Source of the DNA: Octopus vulgaris
Taxonomy: Eukaryota
Length of the DNA stretch: 64,000 nt
Direction of reading: 5' to 3'
NCBI GenBank assembly: GCA_951406725.2
Contig: OX597821.1
Location: forward strand, 46,686,001-46,750,000
The position numbers were made by a program, and so were the translations under genes. Positions 38,423 through 53,459 of the stretch are shown piece by piece. Position 1 is the stretch's first letter. Each line of letters begins with the position of its first letter. The notes beneath the pieces were generated by a model. The model made no database searches and had not been told where the DNA came from. It worked only from the letters and a program-made list of their open reading frames with translations.

Positions 38423-41400
38423 CGCTCGCGCGTTCATATGTTTGTGATGTTTGTATTTTATATAGTTGCAACTTGTTTACAATGTCAGTTGCATACGATG
38501 GCTCTTGGTTTCAGAAAGTTTAATATATCGATGAGGAATTCCTTTAAAGTATAGGATGAAATTATTTGACTTCACAAAGCAAGTAATGGCTTGGTGCTTA
38601 AGAAGTTTGGTTGGCAATAATGTAGTTCCGAGTTGAACTACACTATTTGGCACACTGAGGAAGATCAAACCGGAGCTTGTGTATGAAACTGGATTGACGA
38701 ATATCGCACTCGTTCTAAGCCGACGTTCTGGTGTCCATAGTGAAGGTCAGGCAGTTGTAAGCAATTAAATCATGCTTCTTGTCTAAGGATATAGCATAAA
38801 TCTTGCTTTGTCATGTGTTTATGTAAAAAGTCTTACGTATTGCTCTTCGCTTCTCACTGAGCTTCACCATATTTCTCAAAACATGCCTAAGATTTTTGTT
38901 ATAAAAACAAGATTTGATGCAAAGCAAAATATGTATTTTGTTTGATGGAATAGTTCTGATGTTAACATTTACTGGTAGACTTATAGAGAAAAGAAAATCC
39001 ATATACTAAGTGAAATCAGAGATAATATATTAACATACGAATTTTGTCTGACTTTGTAAAAGCAACAAGGAGTAAATGGCATAAGTTTCCTTTACGATTC
39101 AGATGTTCATAATAAACAATAAAAAAGATCTGGTGAAAAGTTAAATACATCACAGGATTATATATATTTTTATCAAGAAAGAGTTTTCATAATGTCTAAC
39201 ATTTAAATATATTTGAAAACTCGTGGTGTGTAGTATTTTCTTAAACTACCTGTAAAACTCTCTAAATTGTTTTCAAAAGATAGATCTCCGCTTCATGTGT
39301 TTCGAGGAAGAGTTATGCTACAGCTATTTTGAAAGCCTATAGATAGAACTTCATCGACCTGGTGACATATATATTAATATATACTTTCATTGATCTACGT
39401 GACTCAGTAAGTAACATTACAATGGGATATTGTATTCCTAAATGATCCTATTCACTGTGCATCCGAATGAGTATAATTGAAAAGTGAAGAACATTTCAAA
39501 AAGTATCCAGTATTCTATATGTATGAAAGCATGAAGGTGATAGAATCGTCCGTTGATAATGAATGAACTTTGCAGGCTAACTATAAGACATCATTTTGAA
39601 AGTAGGGCAGTCTTGAAAACTCGACTAAAAGAAAGTAACAACCAGCATATGTTGAATTTGACAACTGGTAGAAAGAACGTAATAGAACTATTTGTTCCTT
39701 TGGTGCATGTATCCTTGTCAGCTAAAGAAAAAAGCTGAAGAACAGTACATCTATCAGGTTTTCGCATCATTCTTGAAAAAGTATGTCAGACTCATAAATC
39801 AAGTGCTTCTATCTAAACTTATGATTAGAGAGAAACATATCGAGAATGAACTGCATTACCAACGTTTATGAGAGAAGTTTAAGGCGTTATATGAAATAGC
39901 TTTAAGAATCTAACAAACAGCGATGCACATTTCAGAATTTATTTCAAAATTACATCAGATTGGTGAAAAACATGCTGGTTTCCCTTGAGTGTTACAAGGT
40001 GCATAATATGACCAAACATTCTTTTCTGTCTTACCTATCTTGGTCTTTATATTGCCAACCTACAAAGTGGGTTTTATATGGCCACTCAGTTAGCTAGAAA
40101 TAATTCAAATCACATTAATATTTTTTTAAAAAACCGGAAGAAATAGGAATAAATTACTTTGAGTAAAACTCTTTCTTAAAATATAACACAGGAATGCCTT
40201 TGGTGAAAGGACTGCAACTATTTTTAATTTGTTTTGTCATTTTAGATTTAATGATCTTGTTAAAACTGTTCTTTTGTCAATTCCTTGACAACATTGTCAA
40301 ACTCCGAAACAAACATAACAAAGCATCCTTACGTAGCACGATAAATTCAGATTGAATAAGCAAATATAAAATCCGCCTTCTACTTAAAAAAAAAAAAACA
40401 CAATGAGAATGCAAAAAATAACAGCCAATCAGCATTGGCTTTTACTGAATTTTTGTATTTCAGTCTCTTTACAAGCTATACACATATAAACCATTAAAAA
40501 ATGTCTATTAAATTCTTCCCAAAATGTTATGTTATATTTTCCAGAATTTTAAAAATATGTTTTCGCCATGGTAAAATTTTTCGTAACCCGCTATGATGAG
40601 TTCTTCTAGCATTGTCAGCATGACACGAATGCTCGAAGTCGTCGTATTCTGCCCGTGAATGATAGCCCTTTGACAGGATTCAGTGACGGTGGTTGCATCT
40701 CTGCAAAACTCTTAAATTATGCCAACAGGTGTATCGAGATTGAGAGCAAGTGGAAGCAAGGATTCTCATTGACAGCATGGCCTTCTGCTGAATCACCTAT
40801 GACCATTCCAGTTCATAACAATAAAGAAAAATGGGAAAATGGGAAAATGTTCTACCAAGTTTCTATGAAAGTAGTTTGGTTACATATAAAAGGATTATTG
40901 CAGAACGTCTAGTGCCTTTAAGATTGCTAATGGAGGAGTTTAATGTTGCTAAAGCCCACTACCACATGGTTCTTAGGTAATCGTTGAATCCCACAGCGCG
41001 TTCGACCCAGCGAATAGTTTGGGCATGAAAGAAATGGAATGAGGGTGAAACTGGTGGTCGAGACCACTCTAGAAATGAAATGGATTATAGATGCGATAGA
41101 GGAGACGCTATTGACTGGGACACATATCAAACAAATGAATTTCTCAGGCGGGAAAACTCGTGCCTGAAAGCAATGTGTGTGAGCAGCATAGCAAACAGTT
41201 CAGAAGGGAAGCTATCCTCGAGCATATTGTGTAAATCTGGAGATAGCCATATTGTAATTTCTCTAGAAAGTAATGTAAACTGTACTTTGACCAGTAGCAA
41301 ATGTTTTGTAGTGGAGCTTGAGTGATGTCGCTGATTGTCATCAGTGAAATATTCTTTGGCAGAGCTTAAGTTATCCATTTGAAAATATACCTAGTGGCAT

Positions 41401-42235
41401 AACGAAGTCGTCGGTACCTTTGCTGGTGTAAAATACAAGTTGTTTTACCTACAAAATATCGGGGAAGATCGAAGAAAGACAATGCAGAAGAATAAACAAA
41501 AGCCGACACCCCGACATTTAATACAGTTAATGATTAAATATTTCAAATGGATTTGGAAGAAGTAATCGTGTTCTTAAGACATGTTGCAATAATAAAGCAA
41601 TTGGTCTTACTGTATGGTGTGACTTTTGACAGAACACTTCAGACTGATGAATACATGGTACCTTCAAATAGCAATATAGAATGGGAACACGAAAGAGAGG
41701 GAACAAATAATGTAGACTGCTCTGGCTATCTTAGTAAATGGCACGGGACACAAAAATGGCAGGGTATGATGCTTCCGGGAGATATAGAATGTAATGAGCT
41801 TGTAGCGAAATCTACAATGTCCAACTAGTCTGGCAATGAATATAGAAAGGGCAACGGACCAGTCAATCGTGAAAAGGAGATGAAATGTTTTCCTAGCGAT
41901 AACGGCAGGGATATGTGAGATGAGAGTAAAGGGCAAATTCTCATGAACAGCAAAACATAATAGTTTAGGCCATAGATGAAATTCTTGCAGCTGCTTCCCG
42001 AGTAGTTGTATGAATATGGGTAAAGAGACATCTTTACTGGCTGGACCAAAAGTGCGTAAATATTTCTTGGTAGTTTTAATGCCGCCTGCTGCTGCTGCAA
42101 CAGGGAGCAGCACTTAGGGGAAACGTAGAAATTGCTGGGATATCCAGTGGAAAGCCAGTGAAGAGAATGTCCTGCAGAGCAAAATGTATATGAAATACAT
42201 TCACACATATATGGTATGTACGCGCATATAAGTAT

Positions 42236-42365
<130 letters not shown>

Positions 42366-42366
<1 letters not shown>

Positions 42367-42550
42367 GGGAGAATTCACAAAAAACAAAGGACGAAGAAAG
42401 ACGGTGTAGACAACAAACAGATGTATTAGTTTAACGCTCGCGAAGTTATTTAACGTTTCGAGCCTACGCTCTTCCACAGACAGGAACCCAGAAAAAAAAC
42501 AGGGAGAGAAAATAAAGAATGTGTAGTGGCTAGCGATCAATCATGGCCAA
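42366..42550 (-). mobile_element. Dispersed repeat (probable PLE terminal repeat) with a hammerhead-like motif
   Basis: Homologous to 5605-5803; minus strand reads CTGTGGAA-GAGC-GTAG-GCTC-GAAACGTT. Confidence 0.65.
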
Positions 42551-42859
42551 TGATATACATACATATATATATATATATATATACATATATATGCATGCAC
42601 ATGTGTGTATATGCACACGAGCGTTTTGTGAATATATGTATATGCTTGTATGCATGTATGCATATATTATATATATACACGCTCACACATGCCTAATTTG
42701 CATATGTATATACATGCGAGTTTGTGTGTGGTGGGTACAGGAAAAATAATGAGGAAAATATAAAAGCATTTCGTTCGGTGCTCCTGTAATTCATTCACCT
42801 TCTACTCACTTATAAAATAATAGCAATAACAACAACAATAATAACAACAATAATGACTT

Positions 42860-43066
42860 TAAGTTTTGGAAGAAGGGCAGTAATTTCAGGGTTCGGGGTT
42901 CGTCGATCACATTGCACTCAGTACTCAACTGGTACTTATTTTATCGACCCCGAGAGGATGAAAGGCAAAACGTCTTCGGTTGTACTTGAACTCAGAACAT
43001 AAAGATGGATGAAAAACGGCGATGCGTTTTGCCTGGCGTGCTAATGACTCTGCCAGTTCGCCGCTT
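42860..43066 (-). mobile_element. SINE family A between (AAC/AAT)n runs
   Basis: CAACTGGTACTTATTTTATCGACCCCGAGAGGATGAAAGGCAAA...TGAACTCAGAAC...TCTGCCAGTTCGCCGC. Confidence 0.85.
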
Positions 43067-43067
43067 T

Positions 43068-43077
43068 TAATAATAAC

Positions 43078-43136
<59 letters not shown>

Positions 43137-43250
43137 TAACAATAATAATAAGAAAAAGAAGAAGAAGAAGAAGAAGAAGAAGAAGAAGAAGAAGAAGAAG
43201 AAGAAGAAGAAGAAGAAGAAGAAGAAGAAGAAGAAGAAGAAGAAGAAGAA
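43068..43250. repeat. (AAT)n(AAG)n microsatellite
   Basis: Directly visible; source of the poly-I/poly-R/poly-L ORFs. Confidence 0.97.
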
Positions 43251-44642
43251 TATTCTTTCTAATTTGGAACAAGGTCAGTAAGTTTTAGGAGAGGCGGTTA
43301 GTTGATTCTATAGACTCTATTATTCTCTCTTTCGTTGACGTTCAAGATGTTTATGTATGTGTGCTTTTCTGAATTTGTAGTTAACATACACATGAATAAT
43401 AAACATATGTCTGGATGTACATACGCGTGTTTCTGTATCTGTGTATTTCTGTGGAAGTGCGTGTGTATTGGAGAAATACATGCGTGTGTATGGAGAAATA
43501 CTGAGTGGTAGCGCAGATTGAATCATTAGGTGTTTCATATATATAACCTCTGCTACAAGAATTGTGTACGCTTTGAAATCATTTATATCTAACTATACAC
43601 CCGCCCGCCCGCACACACATATACACTTGCGTTCTGATTTGTATGTATATTCATGTATTAGGTTGTGCTTTTTGTAAGTGCGAATGATATGTTTATATAT
43701 GTGTGTATATATGTATAGTATAAATAACTACGTCGTAGTTAGATTGTATCAAAATGTAACTGATACAATTTAGGTACCACAGGAGGCATGTAAGAAAATA
43801 GAGAGAAGATAGCAAGCTTGGAAGTATAAATATCGTGTCGAATGTAAAATATATGTTCCTAATTAAAATGCCGCGACAGCGTGCTTCTGGAGAAGTTGTA
43901 AATAAATTTACATGCATGCGCTTAATAAACATATATTTAGAATCACTGTATACATAATCCCTATCATAGTGACAGTGCCTTCTCTGCAGAATGAACGAGT
44001 TTCTCACGCTTTACTAGAAGCCCCAGTGTTGCTTAGTTCAGCTGAAATACAATAAATCCATAAACAGAAGGAAATAGTGACTGTGCTGAGAGATCACTGG
44101 GATATGAAATACACTGCCTAAATACCAATCTTGAGAAATTAGGCTTCTCAAAACCAGAAAAAAAAAAAAGCTTATTCGAAGACTATAGATCCAAGCCATC
44201 AATGGAATTGCAAAAAATCTGTAAAACTTTTCAGAAGTTTATCCCTTTAAGTATATAGGAGCATGTCTAGACATGCAACTATATGCATGAGGATATCCGC
44301 ATAAAGCAAAGATTGGGAAAAAAGTATCATAGAGAGATGAAGTAAATAAATAGGATGTGAGAAAGAGGGAGAGAATAGAGAGAAAGATGTGTGGAGGGAG
44401 GGTTAGGGAGAGATTCAGCAATCAATCCAGCCAGCTAGACATGGTAGAGAAATTTAGCGAAGCATGGAAAAAAGAATGAAAGAAGAAAAACATAAGGAGT
44501 GGAAGAGAGAAGAAAAATGAAGAAAAGGGAGCTCTAAGACAGTGAGTGAATTAGAGAAGTAACTCGATGAAATAGCGAACAAAGGAGAGTGAATAAATAA
44601 AATGTGTGAGTGTGTGCGTGTGTGTGTGCTTGTATACGTGGG

Positions 44643-44695
<53 letters not shown>

Positions 44696-44838
44696 AAGAA
44701 AACAAATCTGAATATATAATATACATACATACATACATACATATATACATACAAACTGTTGATTTTGAAATTCCAAGGTTAGAAACCGACTCTTTCTCTC
44801 TATTGGCAAGAAATCTTGAAATAAAACAATAATGACAT

Positions 44839-45033
44839 AATACATACATACATACATACATACATACATACATACATACATACATACATACATACATGCA
44901 TGCATACATACATACATACATACATACATACAGACATACAGACATACATACATGCATACATACATACATACATACATAGATACATACATACATACATACA
45001 TACATACATACATACATACATACATACATACAT
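44839..45033. repeat. (TACA)n microsatellite
   Basis: Directly visible. Confidence 0.97.
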
Positions 45034-45039
45034 GCATAA

Positions 45040-46520
45040 GAATGACATAATTTGTTTCCCCCCCAAAAGTGGTAAAACCGAAATGCTTTTCACCACGACT
45101 TGCCAAGGATCTGTTCCCCTTTAAACTAGGTAGACTCTCAGTCGCATGTTGAGGATTGAGAATAACTGAAAGACAATCTGGAATGATACATTTGGTGGGT
45201 CTGCTTGAAATAATTATCTTCATTTCAGGACTGTAAGAATAAGTTTTCCCAGAACGCCAATTGAAGAATTTTTGTTTTTTGTACCTATGACTGTCAAGGA
45301 AATTCTTATCTAGCAGAACCAGGAAATTTCACCCACGATTAGTCTTAATTTTGTGAGAGTCAAAGGAAGCGGTGTGAACCGTATTATTTTTCCCGGTCTG
45401 TTCTTGGCTTATGAACGCGTGTTGGTGCATATGATCTTATGTTTAAATTCAGCATTTGCTAGAGCCTGAATGTAATAAGAGTCACTTATCAAAGATTTCT
45501 TTAGAGGAGGTGAGGTATTCTTTCTTGAAGTAATATTGCCTATAAGACTTCTTAATAGAATAGTGGGGTGGCAAGATTGCCTATTTATACCTCTAAATTT
45601 CTCATTGGGTTTGTAAATATCAGAATGTAGGTCTAAAGACGTTTCTAGAAAGTCAACCTTAGTTAAATTATTAGCTACTGTTATATTTAATTACTATGTT
45701 ATTAAAAACAGCTATTAGAATTTTTCATAAGTTAACTCGAAAATAGCCATTACTGCTACGTAAGTATAAATCTATTAAAGTATAAAAGCCCACTGAGACG
45801 TCTCATATATCATCTGGTTCATACTTTTTGACTCAAAGCCGACTCACTTTGGAAAAGTAGGGTTTTTTACGTGTATGCATAATAATCTCGATATTTTAAT
45901 CATCGATTCTCACGTATCTGCTGGGATGTTAAATGGTTTTGACTAACGTGGGTCTCAATAGCGAATGGTGACATTTTACGATATCGTGATCTCTAGAGCT
46001 AGTCTAATTCCATTTGGTAACTATTCTATTGTTTGCGCACTATGGAAGCCCGATTATTCTTTTAAATTTGTTAGTAATACTATACTTTAGTAAACTTTCA
46101 GTCTACTAAAGCCGTCTGTTTTGGCAGACTTTATTAGTTTACAAGTGGGTTTATGAGTGAATTTAGGCTTATGAACATATATTTAGATGTAGACACTTCT
46201 TTTATAACTACACATTATGTTCAGTTGTCTACTATGTACCATTTGTTAAAGCATTTGGCTTCTTCATTCACATTGCAATAAATCTTATAGGTCGCCTTTT
46301 TTCAATTCTTTACCATATTTATCCTGTTGTATGCCATATACGAAGATTCGCTTTATTAAATAAAACAAACCTAAATTTAGAATTCTAAAATGTTCTAATG
46401 TTTTGTTATCTTCATGCGTAACTGCATGTTGGATACTATGTTTAGGACTCTTCTGTGAAATGGGCTAAATCCTTAACTCTTGAAGGCAGGTATTCTGTGT
46501 CCATATGTTCTGTGGCTATA
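45040..46520 (-). mobile_element. Degenerate Penelope-like element (RT region)
   Basis: Minus-strand pieces HKPKFTHKPTCKLIKSAKT (cf. HKPNF...P.CRLINPAKS) and LNITVANNLTKVDFLETSLDL...YKPNEKFRGINRQSCHP (cf. VDFLDV.LDL...KPN....YI...SNHP). Confidence 0.75.
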
Positions 46521-46725
46521 AATGTCATCTCAATATCAATAAGTAAAAATTTCCAACGCATACATGTAAACAGATTTTCCACTTTTTCCAGCAATATTTT
46601 AGTATAGATTGTTTTGAAGGTGTGAGTAAGTGTTTCAACGAGTAGTCATTTTTATAAAGGTTTCGTGTTGCTACAGATTAAAACACTCAATACGAGCACT
46701 CGCGAGTATAGTCTTTTTCTCAAAG

Positions 46726-46759
<34 letters not shown>

Positions 46760-47017
46760 TTTCCGACAGTAATCTTACGGTAAACCTGAAGAGAGCCTGA
46801 AGATTAGAGGAGAAAGTGGCTGTCGCTTGGATTAAGCTTAGCTAGGTATCTTAGTATCGTATGGTGTTGTCTCAAAGTACCGTATATAATTCATGGATAG
46901 AATGCATTTTATCGTAGATTCGGCCAAATCTATGACATGAAACAAAACAACATCCATGGCAACCAGTACCTGTGTATGTGTCCGTATGTGTGTATATTTA
47001 TACGTGTATGTGTCCAT

Positions 47018-47069
47018 ATGTGTGTGCGTGTGTGGTTGTGTGTGCGTGTGTGGTTGTGTGTGTGTGTGG

Positions 47070-47153
<84 letters not shown>
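47018..47153. repeat. (TG)n microsatellite
   Basis: Directly visible. Confidence 0.97.
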
Positions 47154-47157
<4 letters not shown>

Positions 47158-47652
47158 AAGTATCAAACAGACATTGAAGCAAATTTATCTGAAGAAACCT
47201 AATGGTGTGCGTATGTCTCTTCATATTTGAGTATGGATGAATTCATATCTGTGTGTATACAAATAAGGAGGCAAACATCATAACCAACACTATCATCAAA
47301 ACCATATCTATCACCGCCATCTTTATGACAATCAAGCCTGTCTCTATCACCTCCACCACTCCCACTGTCATTGAATTTGCAGCATTCCAATAAATTATTC
47401 TGTAATTATTGACTTCATTTTCTATTTAATTTGCTCTGTCTTTCTATTCCCTTTCATTTGCTACGCACCTAACTGCCACCACTTACCGTTCTCATCTCCC
47501 ATACATGCCTTTTCTCATATTCCGTCTGTGTCTCGGTCTGTCTGTCTGTCTGTCTGTCAATCTGTCTGCTTGTTTTCCTCTCCCTATATCTGACACACGT
47601 GTGCATATATGTATATATACATGTATTATGTATGTATTTATGTATGTATATA

Positions 47653-47736
<84 letters not shown>

Positions 47737-48538
47737 TGCTCATACATTCAACCATACAACCACGCATTTATATGTGTGTATATATACATATATACATATA
47801 TTACATATATATTTATATGTGTGTATATATACATATATATACATATATTACATACATATATGTAATATCGTATGGCGGCGCCATTTAATTTTTCATTTAT
47901 TCCTTTATTCAATTTACTTTTTTTCTTATTTATTAAGTTAAATTATTTATTTCTTAATTATTTTCTTATTTATTATTTCTCTTTTGAATGAATAAATATC
48001 CTCGTTGCCCCTCCGTTCCCCCTACCTCCCATCCAGCCCTTCTTCTCTTATTCTTCCTCTCCTAATCTTAATGTACTTATAACAATAAAGTAAACAATGT
48101 TTCCCCCTCGAGCAGTATTGTTTTCAGTTAAATATGTATTAATTTTTAATATACATTTTCTTTCTTGCTTTCTTTTTTTACCTATTATTCACCCACTCAC
48201 ACACCCCGTCACTCACTCACACACCCCGTCACTCACTCGCTCGCTTACTCAGTTTGCTTCTCTGTCTGACTATCTGTCTGTCTGTCTCTCTCTCTCTCAC
48301 CCTCTTCAACCTTTTTGTCCTTGCGTGCGTGCGCGCGCGCGCACACACACACACACACGCCATACGCATGCACAGAAACACACACGTTATGCATGTACGC
48401 ATGCTGATATACATTCATATATATGTGTGTATGGATTTATATGTACATATATATATATATATATATATATGTATGCGTGTGTATGTATGGAGAGAGAGAG
48501 AGAAAGAAAGAGAGAGAGAAAGATAGATATATATATAT

Positions 48539-48797
<259 letters not shown>

Positions 48798-49229
48798 TGT
48801 AAATACATATGTATATTTATCTATATCAATGTAATTAAAACGAATGTAAAATATATAAATGAAAAATTAAAGTAAATTAATCGATAGATAAATGCATAAA
48901 GCCAAATGGTCGTTCGTTACTGCTGGAATAAAATGTGACTAATTAACAGCTTTCAGATATATGGCGGTGATATTTGCATATCATATTAACTCATAGGCAT
49001 TCATTCATATCCGCATATCCACATATACACGCACTAATGCATGTGTGTGTTTGTAAACATATGTGTGCATAGGTATCTGCCAATATGTGTATATAGACAT
49101 ATTTGAAAGTCTGCCTAATGAGATATTTTTTAATACAGAACTCATGTAATTTTCCGAGTAAGATATTTCTTCAGAATATTCAGCTTGTGTACAAACACAG
49201 AAACAGATTAACAGACAGACAGACGCGCA

Positions 49230-49300
<71 letters not shown>

Positions 49301-49549
49301 ACACACACACACATACACACACACAAGCATATATGTATGTATGAGTGTGTATGTGTGCATGTTCGCCCACAAACGCACACATATAAGCACAAACAAAATA
49401 CATCTACTGTTAATACAAACTTAATGCATAAACATACAATAAATGCTCTAATGTACAAACAAACATGCAAACATACACACACAATGTGTGTGCATATGTT
49501 TGTGTGTGTGTGTGTGAGTACTTTTTAACAGTTACAGGAAAATAGGCAT

Positions 49550-50560
49550 TAATACATCCTAATACTTTTTCCCTTCTTCACAGGTTATTTTAAAGCATAG
49601 TTTTAAAATTTGCATCGACTTTACCCTTTTAAAATGAGTTTAGTTCAGAACGATATCAAACACAACATTCTGTACGAATTCAAAAGTATCTTTTCAGCAA
49701 TGGAAGTGGCAAGAAATATTCGTTCTTCCTATGGAAATGAAGCTTTAGTAGTCCAGACATGCGAGCGATGATTTGGCGATGATTTTTCTCACACAGATTC
49801 TCTTCGATCTGGACGAACCGAGTTCTGTCGATATGGAGCTTCTTAAAACCTTAGTCGAGGAAAATCGAAAGCGAACAATTTAATTCAACTCGTACTCCGA
49901 TCTTTCATAAACTAGAAATGCTTTCTAAATTTGGTCAGTTCTTTCTTCATCATCTGACTCCTCAGCTTAATCCAAAAGTAACTCGTCATTAAAGAGGAGA
50001 CTTGACAGTGAGCCTTTTCTGGGTAAAAACATTCAGAAATGATGAAAAGTTGGTTCTCTATATACGATGAAAATGACAATGTTTGGGCACCTACCGGATC
50101 TATCCCCAGATCCGAACTGCATCCCTAAGAGCAATGCCTTCTGTTTGGTAGGATATGAAGGGTGCTGCCTATCAAGAAGTGTTAAACCAAAATGAAAGTT
50201 AATGCGATGTATTGATATCATTTGGAAGCATTACATAAAATTTGCAGAAAAAGCGCCTATCATTGGTCAAACGTAAAGGGAATGTTGCTCTTACAATATA
50301 ATACGAGATCATATATTTGCCAAGTGTTTTAAAAAAAGATTATGATATTGAATATGGAAATTTTGCCCCCTCCTCTTCATTCTTTTCACCTCACTATAGC
50401 TCACTATCATCTTTTCAGTTCGTTGCAACATTATTTAGAATGAAAGCAGTTTATTCATTTTGTAGAAGTTAAAAGTAATATTGAATGTTTGTTTCGAAAC
50501 CTGAAGAATTTTACAGGATAAGTCGTTGGTTCACTGATTATTTATTTAATATAAGAATAG
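49550..50560 (+). mobile_element. Degenerate mariner DNA transposon
   Basis: From ATG 49634: MSLVQNDIKHNILYEFKSIFSAMEVARNIRSSYG; later LLLQYNTRS and EILPPPLHSFHLTIAHYHLFSSLQHYL (cf. HDNARPH and LPHPPYSPDLAPSDYHLF). Homologous to 16430-17150. Confidence 0.85.
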
Positions 50561-52132
50561 TTTGAGGTTCGGGAATATTATTCATTGCATATGGAAGTGT
50601 GTGGAGCGCCAAATTCAAGAGATAATTTTCCTATCAGCATTCAGTGCTTGATGTCAAGACGTGATACAATTAAGGGCATACGTTTGCAAATAAACTTCTT
50701 CAAGCGGTCGCAAACCGCTGATCGTTTCTCTGATGTCGTGCTAAGATAAATTCACGATAGGTATTACTACGTATAGAAAAATGTAAACAAATCGAAACAG
50801 AATTCAAAACCTTAATTACAGTAAATTTATTGCATTTATTAGTTCATACTCCCGGACGCGGAACTCTGTGTAATCAGATGTAATGTAGCCTATGTTGATA
50901 ATATACAAATTCATCTACACTAGATTTTGTACTTTTCAGTCGTGTACGCGCATGAGTTCGCGAATGAAAACTTTGCTTAAAAGTTTTTCAACAAGTAAGT
51001 TGACTTTGATAAAAGGATGACCCTGTTTGAAATATTTTGTAGTAGAGACTTTTAAATAATATACTCATTTTCTTAAGTAAAAAAACTTTAAATAGATGAA
51101 ATAGAGAGAGAAAGAGAGAGAGAGAGGGGGGAAGAGTGACGGGAAGAAAGAGAGATTCAGCGAAACAGTGTGACGGAGAGTGTGTGTGTAAAACAAATAG
51201 TTATATATAGCCGTATGTACACATACAACACACATTCGCACACACACATGCACACACATATTGACACTTTTACATTTTCTGCATATAGATATATTCGCAT
51301 TGATCAGTGACATTCACATATACATTTACATATTTATACACATACTGGTATAGGAATGCGTAAATATTTATATAAAAGCAACACAGACATACACGTACAC
51401 ACACAGACTCACGCATGCATACACGCACCTATATGTGCATATGCATTTATATATTTCCGTATATTATATATGTAGACATATGCATGTATAAAAACGAGAG
51501 AAAGAAAGAAGAAAAAGATAAACAAATTACACTGAAACTGTATTTTCTCTCGTTTCTTCTCTCATTTTTTTCATTTTGTACGGTTCATGATAACTACACG
51601 TAAATTAAATTTACAAATATTTCTTCTACAACATTACTTTATTATAGAATTACCGCGCAGTTTCTATTGAAAGTAGCCATTTTAAATTTGTCTAACATGA
51701 ATTTTTAAAACATCACAATTGTCAGAAATAGTTTTCCATTCAATTTCACTAAATTTAACAAACTGTCAGCACTTCCCAAAATAATTTCTTCCGTTGCAAT
51801 GCGTTATTTATCAATAAAGTTATTAACATTATTCAACCGCCACGGTTTTATTGCATATTTTAATCAAGAAGCAATAAACTTGTAGATAATAAATATACAT
51901 GCGTATTGTAAAATGCATTACAAGCGTTAATATTACATAGTTGAAACACGACAATGACGGAGAACCAGTGGAGGGGGGAGCTATTTCGGTAAAAAAAATA
52001 TGCTCATAACGTATACAAAAAACACATGTTATTTATGTGAAGGAAGAGGGGATAGTAAAAACTCGGTAGTGACATTCTTCGGAGATTTAACTAAATACTA
52101 GAAATAAATATCATGTCTTAAGAAAGTAATGC

Positions 52133-52680
52133 ATTGGCAGAAATGACAGAGCATTTTATCATATTTAGTTATAGCACATGAAGTTCTAATTTCAAATCCC
52201 ACTGAGGTAAAACTTTACCTTCCATTTGTCTGAGGTAAATAATAAAGTGGATGGAAGTACTCCGTCGGTTTCGACGATGAGGGTTCCGGTTGATCCGTAT
52301 CAACGGAATAGCCCGCTCGTGAAATTAACGTATAAGTGGCTGAGCACTCCACAGACACGTGCACCCTTAACATAGTTCTCGGGGATATTCAGCATGACAC
52401 AGACAGTGACAAGGCCGGCCCCTTGAAATACAGGTACAACAGAAACAGGAAGTAAGAGTGAGAGTGAGAGAAAGTTGTGGTGAAAGAGTACAACAGGGAT
52501 CACCACCACCTCCTGCTGGAGCGTTGTGGAGCTTTTTAAGTGTTTTCGCTCAATAAACACTCACAACGCCCGGTCTGGGAATCGAAACCGCGATCCTATG
52601 ACCGCGAGTCCGTTGCCCTAACCACTAGGCCATTGCGCCTCCACTAAATAATAAAGTACCGATACGTGGATTGATTTAGT
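52133..52680 (+). mobile_element. Old SINE family A copy split by a family C insertion
   Basis: TTGGCAGAA...TTCAAATCCCACTGAGGT...ACTTTACCTTCCAT...GAGGT on the left; AAAGTACC resumes on the right. Confidence 0.6.
52249..52644 (-). mobile_element. Full-length tRNA-derived SINE family C with perfect 13-bp TSD
   Basis: Minus-strand head GTGGAGGCGCAATGGCCTAGTGGTTAGG (A-box)...GGTTTCGATTCCC (B-box). TSD TAAATAATAAAGT at 52236-52248 and 52645-52657. Confidence 0.9.
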
Positions 52681-53300
52681 ATTTCAATAAAACAACCTGT
52701 ATGTGAAGGGAATTATAAAAAGAAGACAAAACACGCTTAGTACGAAAAGCCGCAATACGTATGTAATGCATTTTCCATAAAATGCTTCCGTTCCTTCGTT
52801 AAAATGGTTTTCTTCGACTGTTTGATACTCTTAATGAAGGTATCGTGGTGGCATTGAAGTCTCAGGATTATATTTCTTGGAGTCAAACAAAAACAAGAAC
52901 CCGGAACTGGAATCGGACAAAGCATTCATTAATCATGCAGTATTCCTGCTGCTTTCATTCACAGGAAGTCACACAAGGTTTGATGTCTTGGCTAAGTAGT
53001 ACAATTTAGTATTAGAGACGGAGCCAAAAGGAACCGTCGAACAAACAAAGTTATAATAGTTACATATTTGACTGGAGCCTCTACGAAGTCGTTCAAACTG
53101 TTTGGAATAACAACCAAACTTCCTTAAAATCCATCCTTACCTTATAAAAAAAAGGTAAGATACATTCCACGATGTATTTCAAGATTCGGAACAGACCTCA
53201 AAAGTCGGTATGATCATGGCTGAAACAACTTTCAAAACACTTTTGCTCAGTAACCTAAGACTCAGTTGCAACAGCAAGTTTGACATCTAATATATGCATA

Positions 53301-53367
<67 letters not shown>

Positions 53368-53424
53368 ACTCTCACTCTTTTTCTCTATGTCTCAATATAT
53401 TTATCTCTCTCTTTCAAATTCACA

Positions 53425-53459
<35 letters not shown>

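Noticed and set aside
44454-45223. MYVC-repeat ORFs, and similar CVCV/YIYI/LSIY ORFs throughout the window
   Set aside because: Translations of (TACA)n, (TG)n, (TA)n and (GATA)n repeats.
52565-52644. tRNA-like sequence with A and B boxes
   Set aside because: It continues into a SINE body bounded by a TSD and I could not form a full acceptor stem; it is a SINE head, not a tRNA gene.
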